64,000 nt of DNA from Felis catus (GCF_018350175.1 NC_058368.1:78432001-78496000); one strand, 5' to 3'. Positions 50,741-63,217 are shown, counted from the stretch's first letter. Numbers and translations are program-made. Notes: generated by a model from the letters alone, not told the origin.

Positions 50741-51439
50741 CAACTTCCTGTCACCCCTGCTACTCTCTTCCCTCGTCAACCTGCTTGGGCTGCAACCTCC
50801 AGGCCGGGCCACGTGTCAGGGGAGACCACTTCTTCCCACTGCCGGGGCCCTGGCATCCCATGGCAGACAGCTCCCTCCCCGAGGGGTCCCACCACCGCAC
50901 TCTGGCAGGGAGCTCCTCTCTGAGCCCCCGTGCCTGTTCACCCTCCACTCTCTAAGCAAGAAATGACCTGGCTTTTAGCCCACGCAATGGCACTAGGCTT
51001 GAGCTGCTCAACGCAGGAAGGGAAGGGAGGAGAAAGAGGGAGGTCTGGTGAGTGAGTTTAGTGGCAGAAGGAATAAGTAATTCAAGGCTTTCAATTCTAA
51101 TTTTCTTGCCCTTCAAACAACTCCCTGGTATTTCTATACTTATAGAGGCTGAAGGGCCTCAGTTGGCTCAATCCTAGTGAAGCATGAAATAGCCATATGC
51201 CTTAATGGGTTTAATGGCTAATTTCAGGAACAGCAAAATGCGACTTGGGTTTTCCTTCAAGGGTGTTCAAATTGAAGGGGCTCACTGAAAGCATTAGTTA
51301 CTTATTTCCTTTTTTTTGTTTTCTTGATGAGTAATGCTTCAACAGATATTCTTGTAAGAAAAATCTGATAATTTCCCTAGGATAAATTCTTGGGTTGAAA
51401 GAAATTGTTCGTTCAAAGAATGAATATTTTTGAAGACAC

Positions 51440-51835
51440 ATATTCATACATGAATGAATATATATATATGTATATGTATAATTCATTCTCATATATCTAT
51501 CTTATGCCTAAAATATACTAGGTTTACTATAAAATATGGAAAAAAGCAAAGCAAGTAAAAAAAAGAACCGGTCTATAACACAGAGACAATTATATACCTC
51601 TCTATATATCACACAAATTGTTCAGAACACCTAGAACTGTGCCTCATAGAGAGTAGATGCCCAATAAATTTATTGAGCAAATAGTGTTTTCACATATGCC
51701 ACATGATATATGAGTGTATGTGTATGTACATACATACATGTACACATGGCATTTCACATATACTACATATGAAATATATGTGAATATACATGAAATCTAT
51801 ATTTGAATATACATATGAAACATATATATATTATG
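51440..51835. repeat. AT-rich low-complexity (TA/CATA) tract
   Basis: Degenerate ATAT/ACAT repeats. Confidence 0.7.
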
Positions 51836-53801
51836 CTTTACAGATTCTCAATGTTTGGCCATATATCTTTGGATGAACCATATAGACAAGTTCTAGACAT
51901 TCTTCTAACTTTATAGACTACGGGAACTTGAACAAGTTTGACTGTTTGAGAAGACCCCAGAGAGCCCAGGCAACAGAAGCACAGAAGTATCATAAAGCCG
52001 ACAAATGAGCCTCAGAGAGCCTGAACTTCCACAGGGGAAAACCAAAGGGCATTTAATGAGATGAGATGCACGTCAATTCTAACGATACAACATTGGATTG
52101 GTTACAATGTGTTTTCCACTGGTAGATGAAGCCTTGAGAGACAGGAGAGAAAAGAAGTTTAATTACAAAGAAATAACCCTTAAAAACTAGGGATGCTTAA
52201 TAATGGAACCGGTTGCTGCCTGAACCAGAAACACCCCAAACCTTGAGCCTGGAATAGCTCAAGCCAAAGCTTCAGAGGAAATGCTGCACCTTGGTCACCT
52301 CCATGAATCAGGAAACTGAACACTCTTCAGCTGGTATGGCCCTGCTTCTTAAAATGTTATTCCATAAGGTTCAAAATAGCATTTCGTTAATTTCATGAAT
52401 GACTAAATACAAACATTACATGTATAAGAACACAAAACAGGCATCTTCAACCACGTAACTGTGACATAAGACAGGAAATTGGGTTCAGATGTAGACCAAT
52501 CATACCACACACGTGCCCATGAGCCACCTTGATGGGCCTAATACTAAAATGTGTGTTTACATTTTTGCCGTTATTCAAACTGAAAACTGGACTCAGTCAA
52601 AGGTGAGCTGCCATGATGTTTTTCTTACAACAATAAAAAGCAGAGCTTATGATTTAAACTTTGTACACTCTGTCTAAGCAGCTCTTAAAACCTCCCTGCT
52701 CCTGGAATCACACTCCCCTTTCTGCCTTATTTGCCATGGCCTCCTCGACCCCTACCTCCTGTAGTTTCTCAAAACAAGGAAACGTCCACATCTGATTTAT
52801 CGGTAAAACTCTTGTTTCTATTCTGTTTTCATTTAAAGCGGGGCAGCCACATGAGATTGAAGAATATAATCCGAGGAAGAGAATAAATAACAACGCCACC
52901 AGGTCCTAGCAAGAATTTAGAGAAGCTAAGAATGTAAGCATCCTGGAAAAAAAATTAATAAGCATTTATCTCAACGAGGCTGTTTTGCGATTGGAAATGG
53001 GCTATCACTCATCTTGAACTTCTGCCATTGGTAGAGACGACTGGAATCTTTTGAGATGGAATTATGTTGGCTCCGGCCTAAATTGCCGCTGAATAAATTG
53101 TGAGTGCCTTCACTTCTCATCTCCATCCTGAAGCTTCAACGGACTACATGATTTGTCAACGACACACTGTTGGTTCTACTTGACTTTCAAGTACATCACA
53201 CATTTCTTTGCCTGGCTCGGAAATGCTAGCTGCTCTCTATTTTAGTCAAGTTTCTGCATTTTTTTTATACCTAGGGCATTTTATTTGTAAATACGACAGT
53301 GTATTGTTGCAGATGTCATTCGTTATTAATTTCTGTCTCTCTGGTATTTTGAATCGTTGATGGAAATAGAAGCCATGGCCCTTGGAAAAAGGTGTCTTTC
53401 AGCACAGCCAGCTCCTGGCTGAAATTCCTATTATAACCGAATGAGATTAAGCCCACATTGAATCTGTATTTAGATAACCTTGTCACTTTCCATTACCTAC
53501 TTGTAAACACTTATGAATAAGTGAAAGCCCCTACTGTCCTTCCCGGATTATGCCAATGTCAGAGAAATCACCAGTGTCCACACAGAATTGTGTCATTATT
53601 GTACTGCCTTCAGCAGTTAGCAGATTCTACTGAAACAAGATTGATAAACTATTCTTAGATTTTTCTATGGGATCGCAATATCATCGAGGCTTCTTTGTTG
53701 TCATATGGGTAGAGTCCACTTCTCCGATTAATTTGGACTTTCTAAATTTAAAATTTCCATTCTCCCAAATGAAACTCTGCTTTTCTTGCTACACGGCACA
53801 G

Positions 53802-53861
53802 GTTATTACGCTCAACATGGCAGTCTCCAGGAGCCAGCCAGGGTGGTTGTACAACAGACAC
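53802..53861 (+). other. Candidate 60-nt spliced exon (unverified)
   Basis: Acceptor CTCTGCTTTTCTTGCTACACGGCACAG preceded by an AG-free zone at 53715-53799; donor CAC|GTAAGC; length divisible by 3; no stop in any plus frame. Confidence 0.25.
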
Positions 53862-54075
53862 GTAAGCTGCGCGAGAGAGACTAACACTTATAGGGCTGTC
53901 CCAGAGCTGACTACCCAACAGCAGTTTCAACAGCCCATCACGGCACTGCTCAATACGCTCTGCAGACATGCTTTGGAAATGCCCCTTTCCGGCAGCACAC
54001 TCAATGGCTATCCTAATCGCTACAATTATTCTCTGGATATTGACAATGTCCAGATCATATCCAAAAACTATTTTA

Positions 54076-54282
54076 TTTTTTTAATGCTTGTTTATTTTTG
54101 AGAGTGGGGGGGGTGGAGAGGGAGGGGCAGAGAGAGAGGGAGACACAGAATCCGAAGCAGGCTCCGGGCTCTGAGCTGTCAGCACAGAGCCCAACTTGGG
54201 GCTCAAACTCACAAACCGTGAGATCACGACCTGAGCCAAAGTTGGATGCTCAAGGGACTGAGCCATCCAGGCGCCCCCCCCC
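54076..54282 (-). mobile_element. Can-SINE (SINEC_Fc-type)
   Basis: TSD AAACTATTTTA (54065-54075, 54285-54295). Confidence 0.95.
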
Positions 54283-54338
54283 ATAAACTATTTTAAAATA
54301 AGGCAGTAGGTTTTGTTTCTTTTTTTAACATGCTACAA

Positions 54339-54600
54339 CAGGGGTCAGAAAACTATAGCCTGCAAACCAAATCCCATTTTTTTGTACGGCCCCTAAGCGA
54401 TGAGTGGTTTATATATTTGTAAATGGCTGGAAAATATCAAAAGAAAAGGAATATTTCATGAAACGTGACGTTTATATGAAATCCAAATTTCAACGTCCAT
54501 AACTAAAGTTTTATTGGCACACAGCCACGCTCTTTGGCTTGCATTGCCTATGTCTGCTTTCAGGCTGCAAATGCCAGGGGCTCTGGCCAGTGACTGAATC
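54339..54600. mobile_element. MER58-like hAT-Charlie DNA transposon relic
   Basis: CAGGGGTCAGAAAACTATAGCC...TATATGAAATCCAAATTTCAACGTCCATAACTAAAGTTTTATTGGCACACAGCCAC. Confidence 0.8.
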
Positions 54601-55195
54601 AGTCTAGATACAGAACAAACTCTCTGAGATTGTCCCTATCCGAGCTCTGCCAACAGGCATGTCTGATCGTCATTGTTTGTGTCTTCACGATGAGTCGAAC
54701 TACAGGTTCATGCCAGCTGGGCAGCTAATTAATTAGAGGGGTCTCTTTGTGTTCTGACAACTCCAGAAAATGTCGTCAGGGGCTGTCACCTACGTGACCC
54801 ACATGTCCTTCCCTCAGAGGGAATTGTACCAGCGGCGGGGAAAGAGTTACTGGTGCTTGTTATCACCAGAAACGGTCGTCAGGCTTTTATTCTTATAACC
54901 AAATCGCTTTTTTAAACTAATTGGATGGGTAATATATAAGGTCAAAATCCACATTTGCATCTTTGTTTTAGAAAGAAGTTACGTCTAATTCCCTAATCAT
55001 TCCTCAGAGTTGCAATACGTCATAAACACACAACTCCCTGCGGTGTACAATTTGATAGGAGCTGTCCATTCTGATGCTGTGTTCATCCCACTGATGTGTT
55101 CAACTAGTTTTGGGTACCTTCTCCAACTCAGCTAAAACCATGGGCTGGTTTAAGGGGAGGCAGAGATAAGGACGTGTCTGGGCTATGACACACTA

Positions 55196-55992
55196 TGATA
55201 TCATGAGTTATAATAAGAACTATATATTTGGTCACCATCCCCATTTCTGGCACAAAGCTCCTAAAACTCTTGGAATTTCCCAGGCCAAGAAGTAATAAAG
55301 TGTCTTTTGTTACATTAATGAGGTGACTTTTGGAAAGCACCTACGGATGGGGGCTTGCTGCCAGCAGGGCCACCATGAATAGAGAACTTTCAGTCTTGCC
55401 TCCTGATTTCTGGGAAGGAGAGGGGGACTGGAGGTTGAATCAATCACCGACAGCCAATGATTCAATCAATCATGCCTCTGCAATGAAGCTTCCATTAAAG
55501 ATGGGGTTTAAAGAGCTTCTCTGCTGGTGAACACCTGGAGATTTGGGGAGACTGTTGTACTCCTAGTGGGCATGGAAACTTTGTACCCTTTCCCCATACC
55601 TTGTCCTAAGCCTCTCTTCCGTCTGGCTGTTCCTGAGCTGTATCCTTTCATAATAAACCAATGATCTCATGAGTAAAATGAGTCCCGTGAGCCACTCTAA
55701 CAAGTTTACTGAACCCAAGGCGGAGGTCATTGGGATGTCCAATATATAGTTGGTCGGTCAGAAGCACAGGTGACAGCCTGGGCTTGCAATGGGCATCTGA
55801 AGTGGGGAGTCTTGTGGGACTGAGCCCTTAACCTGCAGAATCTGATCCTATCTCTAGGCAGATAGTGTCAAGATTGAGTTGAATTGTAGGACACCGAGCT
55901 GGTATTACTGAGAATTCCTTGCTGGTTTGGTGACCAGCTCTCCCCATCGCCACCCACATTGGAATCTGGCAATCAGAACCACCTTTAATATG
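55196..55992 (+). mobile_element. Solo LTR, MER21-like
   Basis: TG start; GCTCCTAAAACTCTTGGAATTTCC...CAATGATTCAATCAATCATGCCT...AATAAA near 55650...GATAGTGTCAAGATTGAGTTGAATTGTAGGACACC; possible TSD CACTA at 55191-55195 and 55993-55997. Confidence 0.8.
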
Positions 55993-58899
55993 CACTAATC
56001 CCTGAGAAAGGACATCTAAGGTCTCCCCACCTGAGGTTTGGATACCAAGAGCACCACATACGATAATTCATGGGGAAAACTGAAAATAAGGCATTCCAAT
56101 CCAACAGGATATTCTGTTGATTATCAATTTCTTGTCACTGTAGGTGTTCCTATTTTGATGGATTCCATGTCTTTTATAATTTTCTAAACTTCAGATAAGA
56201 GACAAAATAATAGAGAATCATCCCAGAGATACCACCGCCCCCCCCCCCCCCGCCACACACACACACGCACCTACACCCATCTTACCAACCGAGTGCAAGA
56301 ACAAGTTGGGTACAGCATCCACAACCTCTGCTCAATTTTTCATGGTAGAGAGGTCAAGACCTTGCAAGGCAATGTATTCCAGTTTTGTCATCTTTAGTTA
56401 TTAGATCTCCTCCCCACTTTTGCACCCTGGGAGGGCCCTCTCCTGTGCGCCGAAATAACACTATTAAGCACAATCCAGTTTCGCCAGCCTGTCATGTTAA
56501 CCCATACCAGCCGATTTACTGCTACTACACGAAAGCATGGTGCAAAGTGGCGTTCAAGGTAAAAACTAATCTCTGCAGCTACTTCATCACATGCGGTACA
56601 TGTTACGTAAGTAAGAAGATAGACTGAAGAACTGAAATTAGCTCACAATTACTTAGAAGGGAAGAGCCACACACTGACAAATTCAGCTGAATTATGATGG
56701 ACTGATTTCAAGAGAAGTTACTGTCGAAAGATTAACACTACTCCGAATTGATTATACGTCTTTATTTTTGGCAGGGAAAATGGGGACAAACAGCCATTGC
56801 TTTGTTATTTCTGAACCCATCCCAATTTGGACAGCTTTGTAATCACCACCAAAGGAAAGAACCTAATATTTAAATGGGACAAGAAAAGTGAACAATTCTC
56901 ACGGGAAATAACAAGGTAATGTTTAGCCTGGGTAATTCGCGTTAATAGATCCAGGGACCAGCAACCCAGACCCCAGTTGATCAGCAGGGGATACACTTAG
57001 AAAGTCATGAGCCACAGTGCTGAAAAAGGCATTTATGCAAAATAGTTTGCAATTGGAGAGTGAGCAAATCCAGTGTGACTTCAGCTATCACCAAGAAATC
57101 ATCATACCCTGAGGTATGTACAATCCTTCCGTCTGCCATACCAATGAAGTTGGAGGATTCTAAGTAGACAGAATGAACTATATGACATTCAGGGTACCTC
57201 CATGGCATAAAGATGTGATAAGGTTTGAGGGATATAAGAACATGAATATCAAAGGAAGAAAACAATTGGCTTAGAAAATATTTTCAGAGAACGGAGTCTA
57301 CGTGAATACTCAAGCCTATTATGTTATGTGTGGTGGAAAAAATAATGAAGATATCTTTCAGGGGATGTTTTTCCAAGAGCACACTATTATGTGAATCATT
57401 TAATTGCGTGCAAATGATAGATTCAGACTCAGAGCATAAGTCATTTGCATTCCAATCTCTACATGTGAGGTTTCCACTTGAAAATATCGGAGAGATGTAA
57501 ACAGGAAGGAGGAAAATGGGTTGATTCGTTTAGGCAGAATTAGGTTTCAAGCACAGAAATGGCACATATTGAGGACGCATGTGTTTCAAGATAAGTGGTT
57601 TAAGCATTCTGCCTTATTTCAAATATATAGCAGCTTGTACCCGTTTTCGCTAATATCACTAGGCGCATTGTGCAAGACAGATGGCCTTAGTGCCCAGCAA
57701 CGCCAATATTTGAAATTCCCTGCCCAACTGTAACAATAATGCCCTTTCAAATTTTAATAACACCTGTCACCCAGGGACTCATGACCCTCTCGAGTTTCAT
57801 TACATGCAACATTTCCATTAAGTTGGCTGTCTGCTTTGTTATTCTCTGCCAGGGAAGAAGCACATTGGGGTGTGCAAATTGGCTGACATTATGATTCAAA
57901 TTAGTTAATTTAAGGGAAAAAAGTGTATAATAATTGAACTCGTAATTCCCTACACATTGGTTCATCGTGTATCTAATTACTATATTAATTTTTACGGAAC
58001 TGCACTTTGACAATTAATGTATTTAAAGAAGGTGAACTCTAAATGTGCTTTCCCTTCAAACATAAGCAGAAAGTAATGTCTTCCTGTGCCTTCACATCAG
58101 ACGTGAAACGTTTTTTGGTCAGCTCTTTGTGAATGTACAGAGGACTCTGTACGGACTTTGAACTTACTCTTTCACTATTTCACAGAAACAGGGTCCTGTC
58201 TATGGAATGCTATCTCCTTGGACTTGAAAGTCAAAGGAAATGGGGCCATCTAGGTTATTCCCGTGGGGACACTTAATGGGATAGTGGGTCCATGGATTCA
58301 CTGAACACGAATGTTAGTTATTAGTACTGAAGGACTCAGAGGACAATCTCTTGTTCATGTCCTCCCCACGCCACACCTTTTATCAGGTGTGCTCTTCCCG
58401 TCCTTGTCACCACCTGCTGCCTACCTCACCCTTCCTCCAAAGACCCCAGTGCTTGCCCCTTCTTATTTTCAAGATGGCGCGCAACTGGATAATGAGAATA
58501 TTACTAATGGTTAGTATTTGTTTTGAGCGGAACAAACACCTATCTATATTCCACTGATAGGGCTAATTTTAAGTCCTCACAGCTGTAACTGTTCTCTTGT
58601 ATGTATCTGATGTATCTAGAAGGTATATAACCAACCGGTCAAATCAATTATTTCATTAAAAGTGTAAAAAGTGACCTTGAGTCTTTGATCATTCTTGTCA
58701 CTTTTACACACGCAACTTGGGGAGTTGAGTGCTGGTTGGGCAGGGCTTTTGCCAGTCTGGACTGGATTTTTTTCCCTTAACTGTTTCACACTAACAGCAA
58801 CAAAACAAAACAAAAAAACAATCAAAAGGGCAGCTGACACGTGCATGCCATTACTGGTGACGGGCATAGCAAAGAGCTCTGTGCCCATAGTGGTTTGGG

Positions 58900-59005
58900 G
58901 ATTATGAAGTAGGTCCTATCACAACCCCAGTTTAGAGGTGAGTAGACAGAGGCCAGAGAACTTAAGGATCTTACCCAAGGCATATAGGCAGTAGGCAGAG
59001 CCAGT
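58900..59005 (-). mobile_element. MIR relic
   Basis: ATGAAGTAGG...CCCCAGTTTAGAGGTGAGTAGACAGAGGCCAGAGA..TTAAG..CTTACCCAAGG. Confidence 0.65.
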
Positions 59006-59065
59006 GGCCCTCTTAACACTTTGACCCCTCTCCCAACCATGGAAAGAACATTAACCCAGGTGCCT

Positions 59066-59234
59066 GGAATGGCTGCATCATTGACAGGGCCCAATGCAAA
59101 ATGAAATCAGGGGCCACTTGTTCAAATCTGTGAACCATTTCACAGCAGTGACTGCAGAGCGTTGAACCAAGCACTGGTCCTCCTAAGCATGTGGCCCCTG
59201 GGCAACTAAGTCTTCCCGCCATGCGCCAGCTCCG
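59066..59234 (-). mobile_element. MER45-like hAT-Tip100 relic
   Basis: GGGCCCAATGCAAAATGAAA...TTGTTCAAA...CAGAGCGTTGAACCAAGC matches the recalled antisense MER45A. Confidence 0.7.
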
Positions 59235-60142
59235 CTCATGAGCTTCAGCTTCCTCAGCTAGCAACGGAAGTGCTGACCTGAAGGAAGACAGCTCTCCTTT
59301 CAGTGAGTCCAACATGGCAGCACTTCCTTGCCGCGTCTCCATTTCTGTCCTTAGGAGAAGAGAAAGGTGCCTGTGTTTTCCCGAATGGACTAGTTTCCTT
59401 GACTAGTTTTACACATTTGGGAAAAATTTGGCTTCATGGTTATATTATATCCTGTATCCCTAGTCAACCCCGAAATTGACGTGGTTGGTCTTTTCACTGC
59501 ACGCACACGCGCACATTTTTCTCATATAATATTGCCACCGCCCAAATGAAGCTGATGCTTCTTGCCTTCCCTAAGTATGAAGAACTTCACACCTTTCTAC
59601 AGACGATGAGACTCATGAGTCTCCGATGGTCCATCATCCACAGAAGCTAACGCATCATGTATTCCAGAGCGTCTCATGTTTACCTTTTTTTCAGAAACAC
59701 TAGTGATGGAGAACTCATACGTTCATCTGTATTTCTTAATCTTCACCAATCAAGAAACTTCAGATTTATTCCTTCCTCATTTTGTATATTTTAAGAAATG
59801 CAATGTATAATTTTTCTCATAAAAAAACGTTTAGTTTATTTATATTGGATAGCAGTGTTTGTGCCTGACATCCAATTCAGATCTCATATCCAAGAACTTA
59901 AAAGTGACAATTGCTCCAGATTCTTCCCTTTCTACTTCATTTCATGAAATCATGAATTCTCCATCTGTCCCCTGAACCAACATTTCAGGATGCCTCCTAC
60001 CAGTATAATCCAAACCCTTATTACCCAGCTTCATTGCCCCTTAACATAATAAACATCACTTGCACTACAAGGACTGTGGTTCCGTGCTTAAATTTTGTAG
60101 GTATCTTAATGTGTGCACTAAATAGCCCTTTAAAATGCTTTA

Positions 60143-60358
60143 AAGTTTTTTTTTTAACATTTACTTATTTTTAAGACAGAGAAAGACAGAGCATGAACGG
60201 GGGAGGGACAGAGAGAGAGGGAGATGCAGAATCGGAAGCAGGCTCCAGGCTCTGAGCCATCAGCCCAGAGCCTGACGCGGGGCTCGAACTCACGGACCGT
60301 GAGATCGTGACCTGAGCCGAAGTCGGACGCTCAACCGACTGAGCCACCCAGGCGCCCC
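60143..60358 (-). mobile_element. Can-SINE (SINEC_Fc-type), young
   Basis: Exact TSD TAAAATGCTTTA (60131-60142, 60359-60370). Confidence 0.97.
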
Positions 60359-60787
60359 TAAAATGCTTTATATCTTATAGTTTTTAAGTAAAAAATTATT
60401 GAATATTTTACCAACCTTTTCTTCCTCTGCTAATGAACTGGTAGGAGTGAGTTCTTCCCCGTGTATACTTTTAATCCTCACAACTATGTGAATCTATTCC
60501 TTATATTCATCCTATAACCAACGTTTTACCTACAGAATTACAAAAGCAGTTAATTTTGGTTGATACACTTGAAGATAATGCAAACCCTCAACTTAGAATT
60601 AATTCCACAAAGGAAGGTATTTGAACAGCAAACAAAACTCCCAAATGATTTTAACCTTGAGCTATTTTCATAATAAAAAGAAACAGGTGAAAACTCATTT
60701 CACCTTGATAACGTAAAGAACAAATTTCTGTGTGATATTGAAAAAAGCTAACATTTTTTGAAGCCACAGGACGTCCTTATTATTGAA

Positions 60788-61615
60788 TGGGACAGTCAGC
60801 TTCTAAGATGGCTTCCAAATGGTCCCCAGAACATACTTCATACTTTTTCTGTCTCTCTCTCTCTCTCTCTCTTACACGTACATTCTACCACACACATGCA
60901 CGTACTCTTTTTCTCTCACACACAGTTGTCTCTTATACATACTCTCTTACACACACACACACACACACACAAATTCTCTCACACACATACTCGTTCTCAC
61001 ACATACTATGTCTCTCTCACACACACACACACTCTTTTTCTCTCACACATACTCTCACACAATTGCCTCTTACACATACTCTCTTACACAAACATACACA
61101 TGTACCCTCTCCCACACACACTCTCACACATACACAAATTCTCTCACACACATTCTCTCTCACACACATACTTGTTCTCACACAATACTGTCACACACAT
61201 ACACACATACTCTTTCAAACATACTTTCACACTCCGTCACGCACATACACATACTCTCTTTCTCTCAGACCTCCAGATCAGGTGGAGGCCAGCCGCCATG
61301 TTGTAAGTATGCTCTGGAAGCCCATGATGAGATTGCATGTCAATACACACAGAGCTCTGGCCAAAAATGAAGAACCAAGGCCTCCTCACAACATGAGTGA
61401 GCCTGGAGGTGGATCCCTAAGCACCAGACGACATATATGATGGCACCACCTAAGCTGGCAGCTTGACTACCACCTCCTGAGAGACCTCGAGCCATGACCA
61501 CATGGTTAAGGGACACTGGGTCCATGACCCCAGAAACTATATGAGATCATATATATTGTTTTAAACCATGAAGATTTAGGAGTAATTTGCAACACAGCAA
61601 TAGATACCTTATACA
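60788..61615 (+). mobile_element. MaLR (MLT1F/G-like) solo LTR with an internal low-complexity expansion
   Basis: 5' CAGCTTCTAAGATGGC; body GCCAGCCGCCATGTTG...CATGAGTGAGCCTGGAGGTGGATC...CCTGAGAGACC; 3' end TTGTTTTAAACCA...ACACAGCAATAGATACCTTATACA. Confidence 0.8.
60850..61266. repeat. Degenerate (CA)/(CT) low-complexity tract, about 415 bp
   Basis: Nearly G-free plus strand of mixed CA/CT dinucleotides; recurring CACAAATTCTCTCACACACAT unit near 60968 and 61133. Confidence 0.9.
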
Positions 61616-61973
61616 CTGGCCCAATATTATTGTGAACAGAAAGCAAAAGGAATAAAATCATATCCAGATAATACCATCACACTGAAGAGTTTTATTTTGT
61701 GTTCTTTATTTAGGGGTGTCTATTTTTATTAGCAGGCAATGGTTCAATCAAGAATGAACACAATGATGTAGAAATAATTATATCTATGGTGTCAACATAA
61801 TTTTCTTCATTATCCCCCAAGTCCTCTGCCTGACTTTAAAGTCTTTTTTTTTTTTAATCTGGCCCTGTCTTACCTATTTAACTTTAGTTCTACCATTTTT
61901 CAGTAGAGAGTAGGGTCTAGTTAGACCTCATTCTCTACCAAGAAGAAGAAGTCTTCAGTGATCTCATGTTCTT

Positions 61974-62193
61974 ATTTTATTTTACTTTATTTTATTTTAT
62001 TTTATTTTATTTTATTTTATTTCATTTTATTTTATTTTATATTATAGAGAGAGGAGAGAGAGACAGAATCTTAAGCAGTCTCCACACTCAGTGTGGAGCC
62101 TGATGTAGGGCTCTATCCCACAACCCTGGGATCATGACCTGAGCCGAAATCGAGAGTTGGACACTCAACCATCTGAGCCACCCAGGCATCCCC
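61974..62193 (-). mobile_element. Can-SINE, older subfamily, with an (ATTTT)n expanded tail
   Basis: ATTTT pentamer array followed by antisense SINE body ending CCAGGCATCCCC. Confidence 0.92.
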
Positions 62194-62239
62194 GTTGTTC
62201 TGACTTCTTAATCCCACCATTTAAGATCCTAACTCTCCT

Positions 62240-62466
62240 GGGGCACCTGGGTGGCGCAGTCAGTTAAGTGTCCAACTTCAGCCAGGTCACGATCTCGCGG
62301 TCCGTGAGTTCGAGCCCCGCGTCAGGCTCTGGGCTGATGGCTCAGAGCCTGGAGCCTGTTTCCGATTCTGTGTCTCCCTCTCTCTCTGCCCCTCTCCTGT
62401 TCATGCTCTGTCTCTCTCTGTCCCAAAAATAAATAAAAAAACGTTGAAAAAAAATTAAAAAAATAA
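62240..62466 (+). mobile_element. Can-SINE, young felid subfamily
   Basis: 17-bp TSD AAGATCCTAACTCTCCT / AAGACCCTAACTCTCCT; shares diagnostic sites with 27075-27297. Confidence 0.97.
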
Positions 62467-62978
62467 AAGACCCTAACTCTCCTTCAAAATCCTGTTTGAT
62501 GCCACTCTGCTCACTTATGGGGAGAGCTCCCTTCTGCGGGCTGGGTTACTCCAGTTTGTACCTATTACACATCTGGCTGGTTTATATGCCTTTCATTGAG
62601 TATGTGTTAATTATGATGCTCTTTAATATGATGAATTCTTAAAATACAATTCCACATGCAGCCGGCTCAGCACTGAATAGAGTTGATTCGCATAATTAAA
62701 TTCTGGTGGATTAAAAAATGCATTATGACCAAACAATAAACATATTCTGTAAAGTGTTTACAGCCACTTTTGTAGATGTTATCTCATTCAGCTGGGACGG
62801 GGTTATGAGCTAAATTGCATCATCCCCCTGTAAGATGCCTATGCGGAAGCCTAAGCCCCAGTTGCTCAGAACATGGCTGCATTTGGAGACCAAGCCTTTA
62901 AAGAGGTCATTAAGGGAAATGAGGTTATGTGGGGCAGCCCCAATCCAATCTGATTGGTCTCCTTTTAAGAAGAGATCA

Positions 62979-63202
62979 GGGGCGCCTGGGTGGCTCAGTC
63001 GGTTGAGCGCCGACTTCAGCTCAGGTCACGATCTCACGGTTGGTGAGTTCGAGCCCCGCATCGGGCCCCTGTGCTGACCGCTCAGAGCCCGGAGCCTGTT
63101 TCAGATTCTGTGTCTCCCTCTCACTGACCCTCCCCTGTTCATGCTCTGTCTCTTTCTGTCTCAAAAATAAATAAATAAAAGTTAAAAAAAATTAAAAAAA
63201 AA
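62979..63202 (+). mobile_element. Can-SINE (younger member of a tandem pair)
   Basis: Exact TSD AAGAAGAGATCAG starting at 62967 and 63203. Confidence 0.97.
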
Positions 63203-63217
63203 AAGAAGAGATCAGGA

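Noticed and set aside
59608..59623. Perfect 16-bp palindrome GAGACTCATGAGTCTC
   Set aside because: About one such palindrome is expected by chance in 64 kb (64000/4^8)
60758..61440. Three long overlapping ORFs (182, 217 and 183 aa) rich in His/Thr/Leu/Ser
   Set aside because: They result from a stop-poor CA/CT low-complexity tract inside a MaLR LTR; no domain-like sequence
61903..61938. Imperfect inverted repeat GTAGAGAGTAGGGTCTA / TAGACCTCATTCTCTAC
   Set aside because: Stem too short (14/17 matches) and loop too small for a pre-miRNA; no other support
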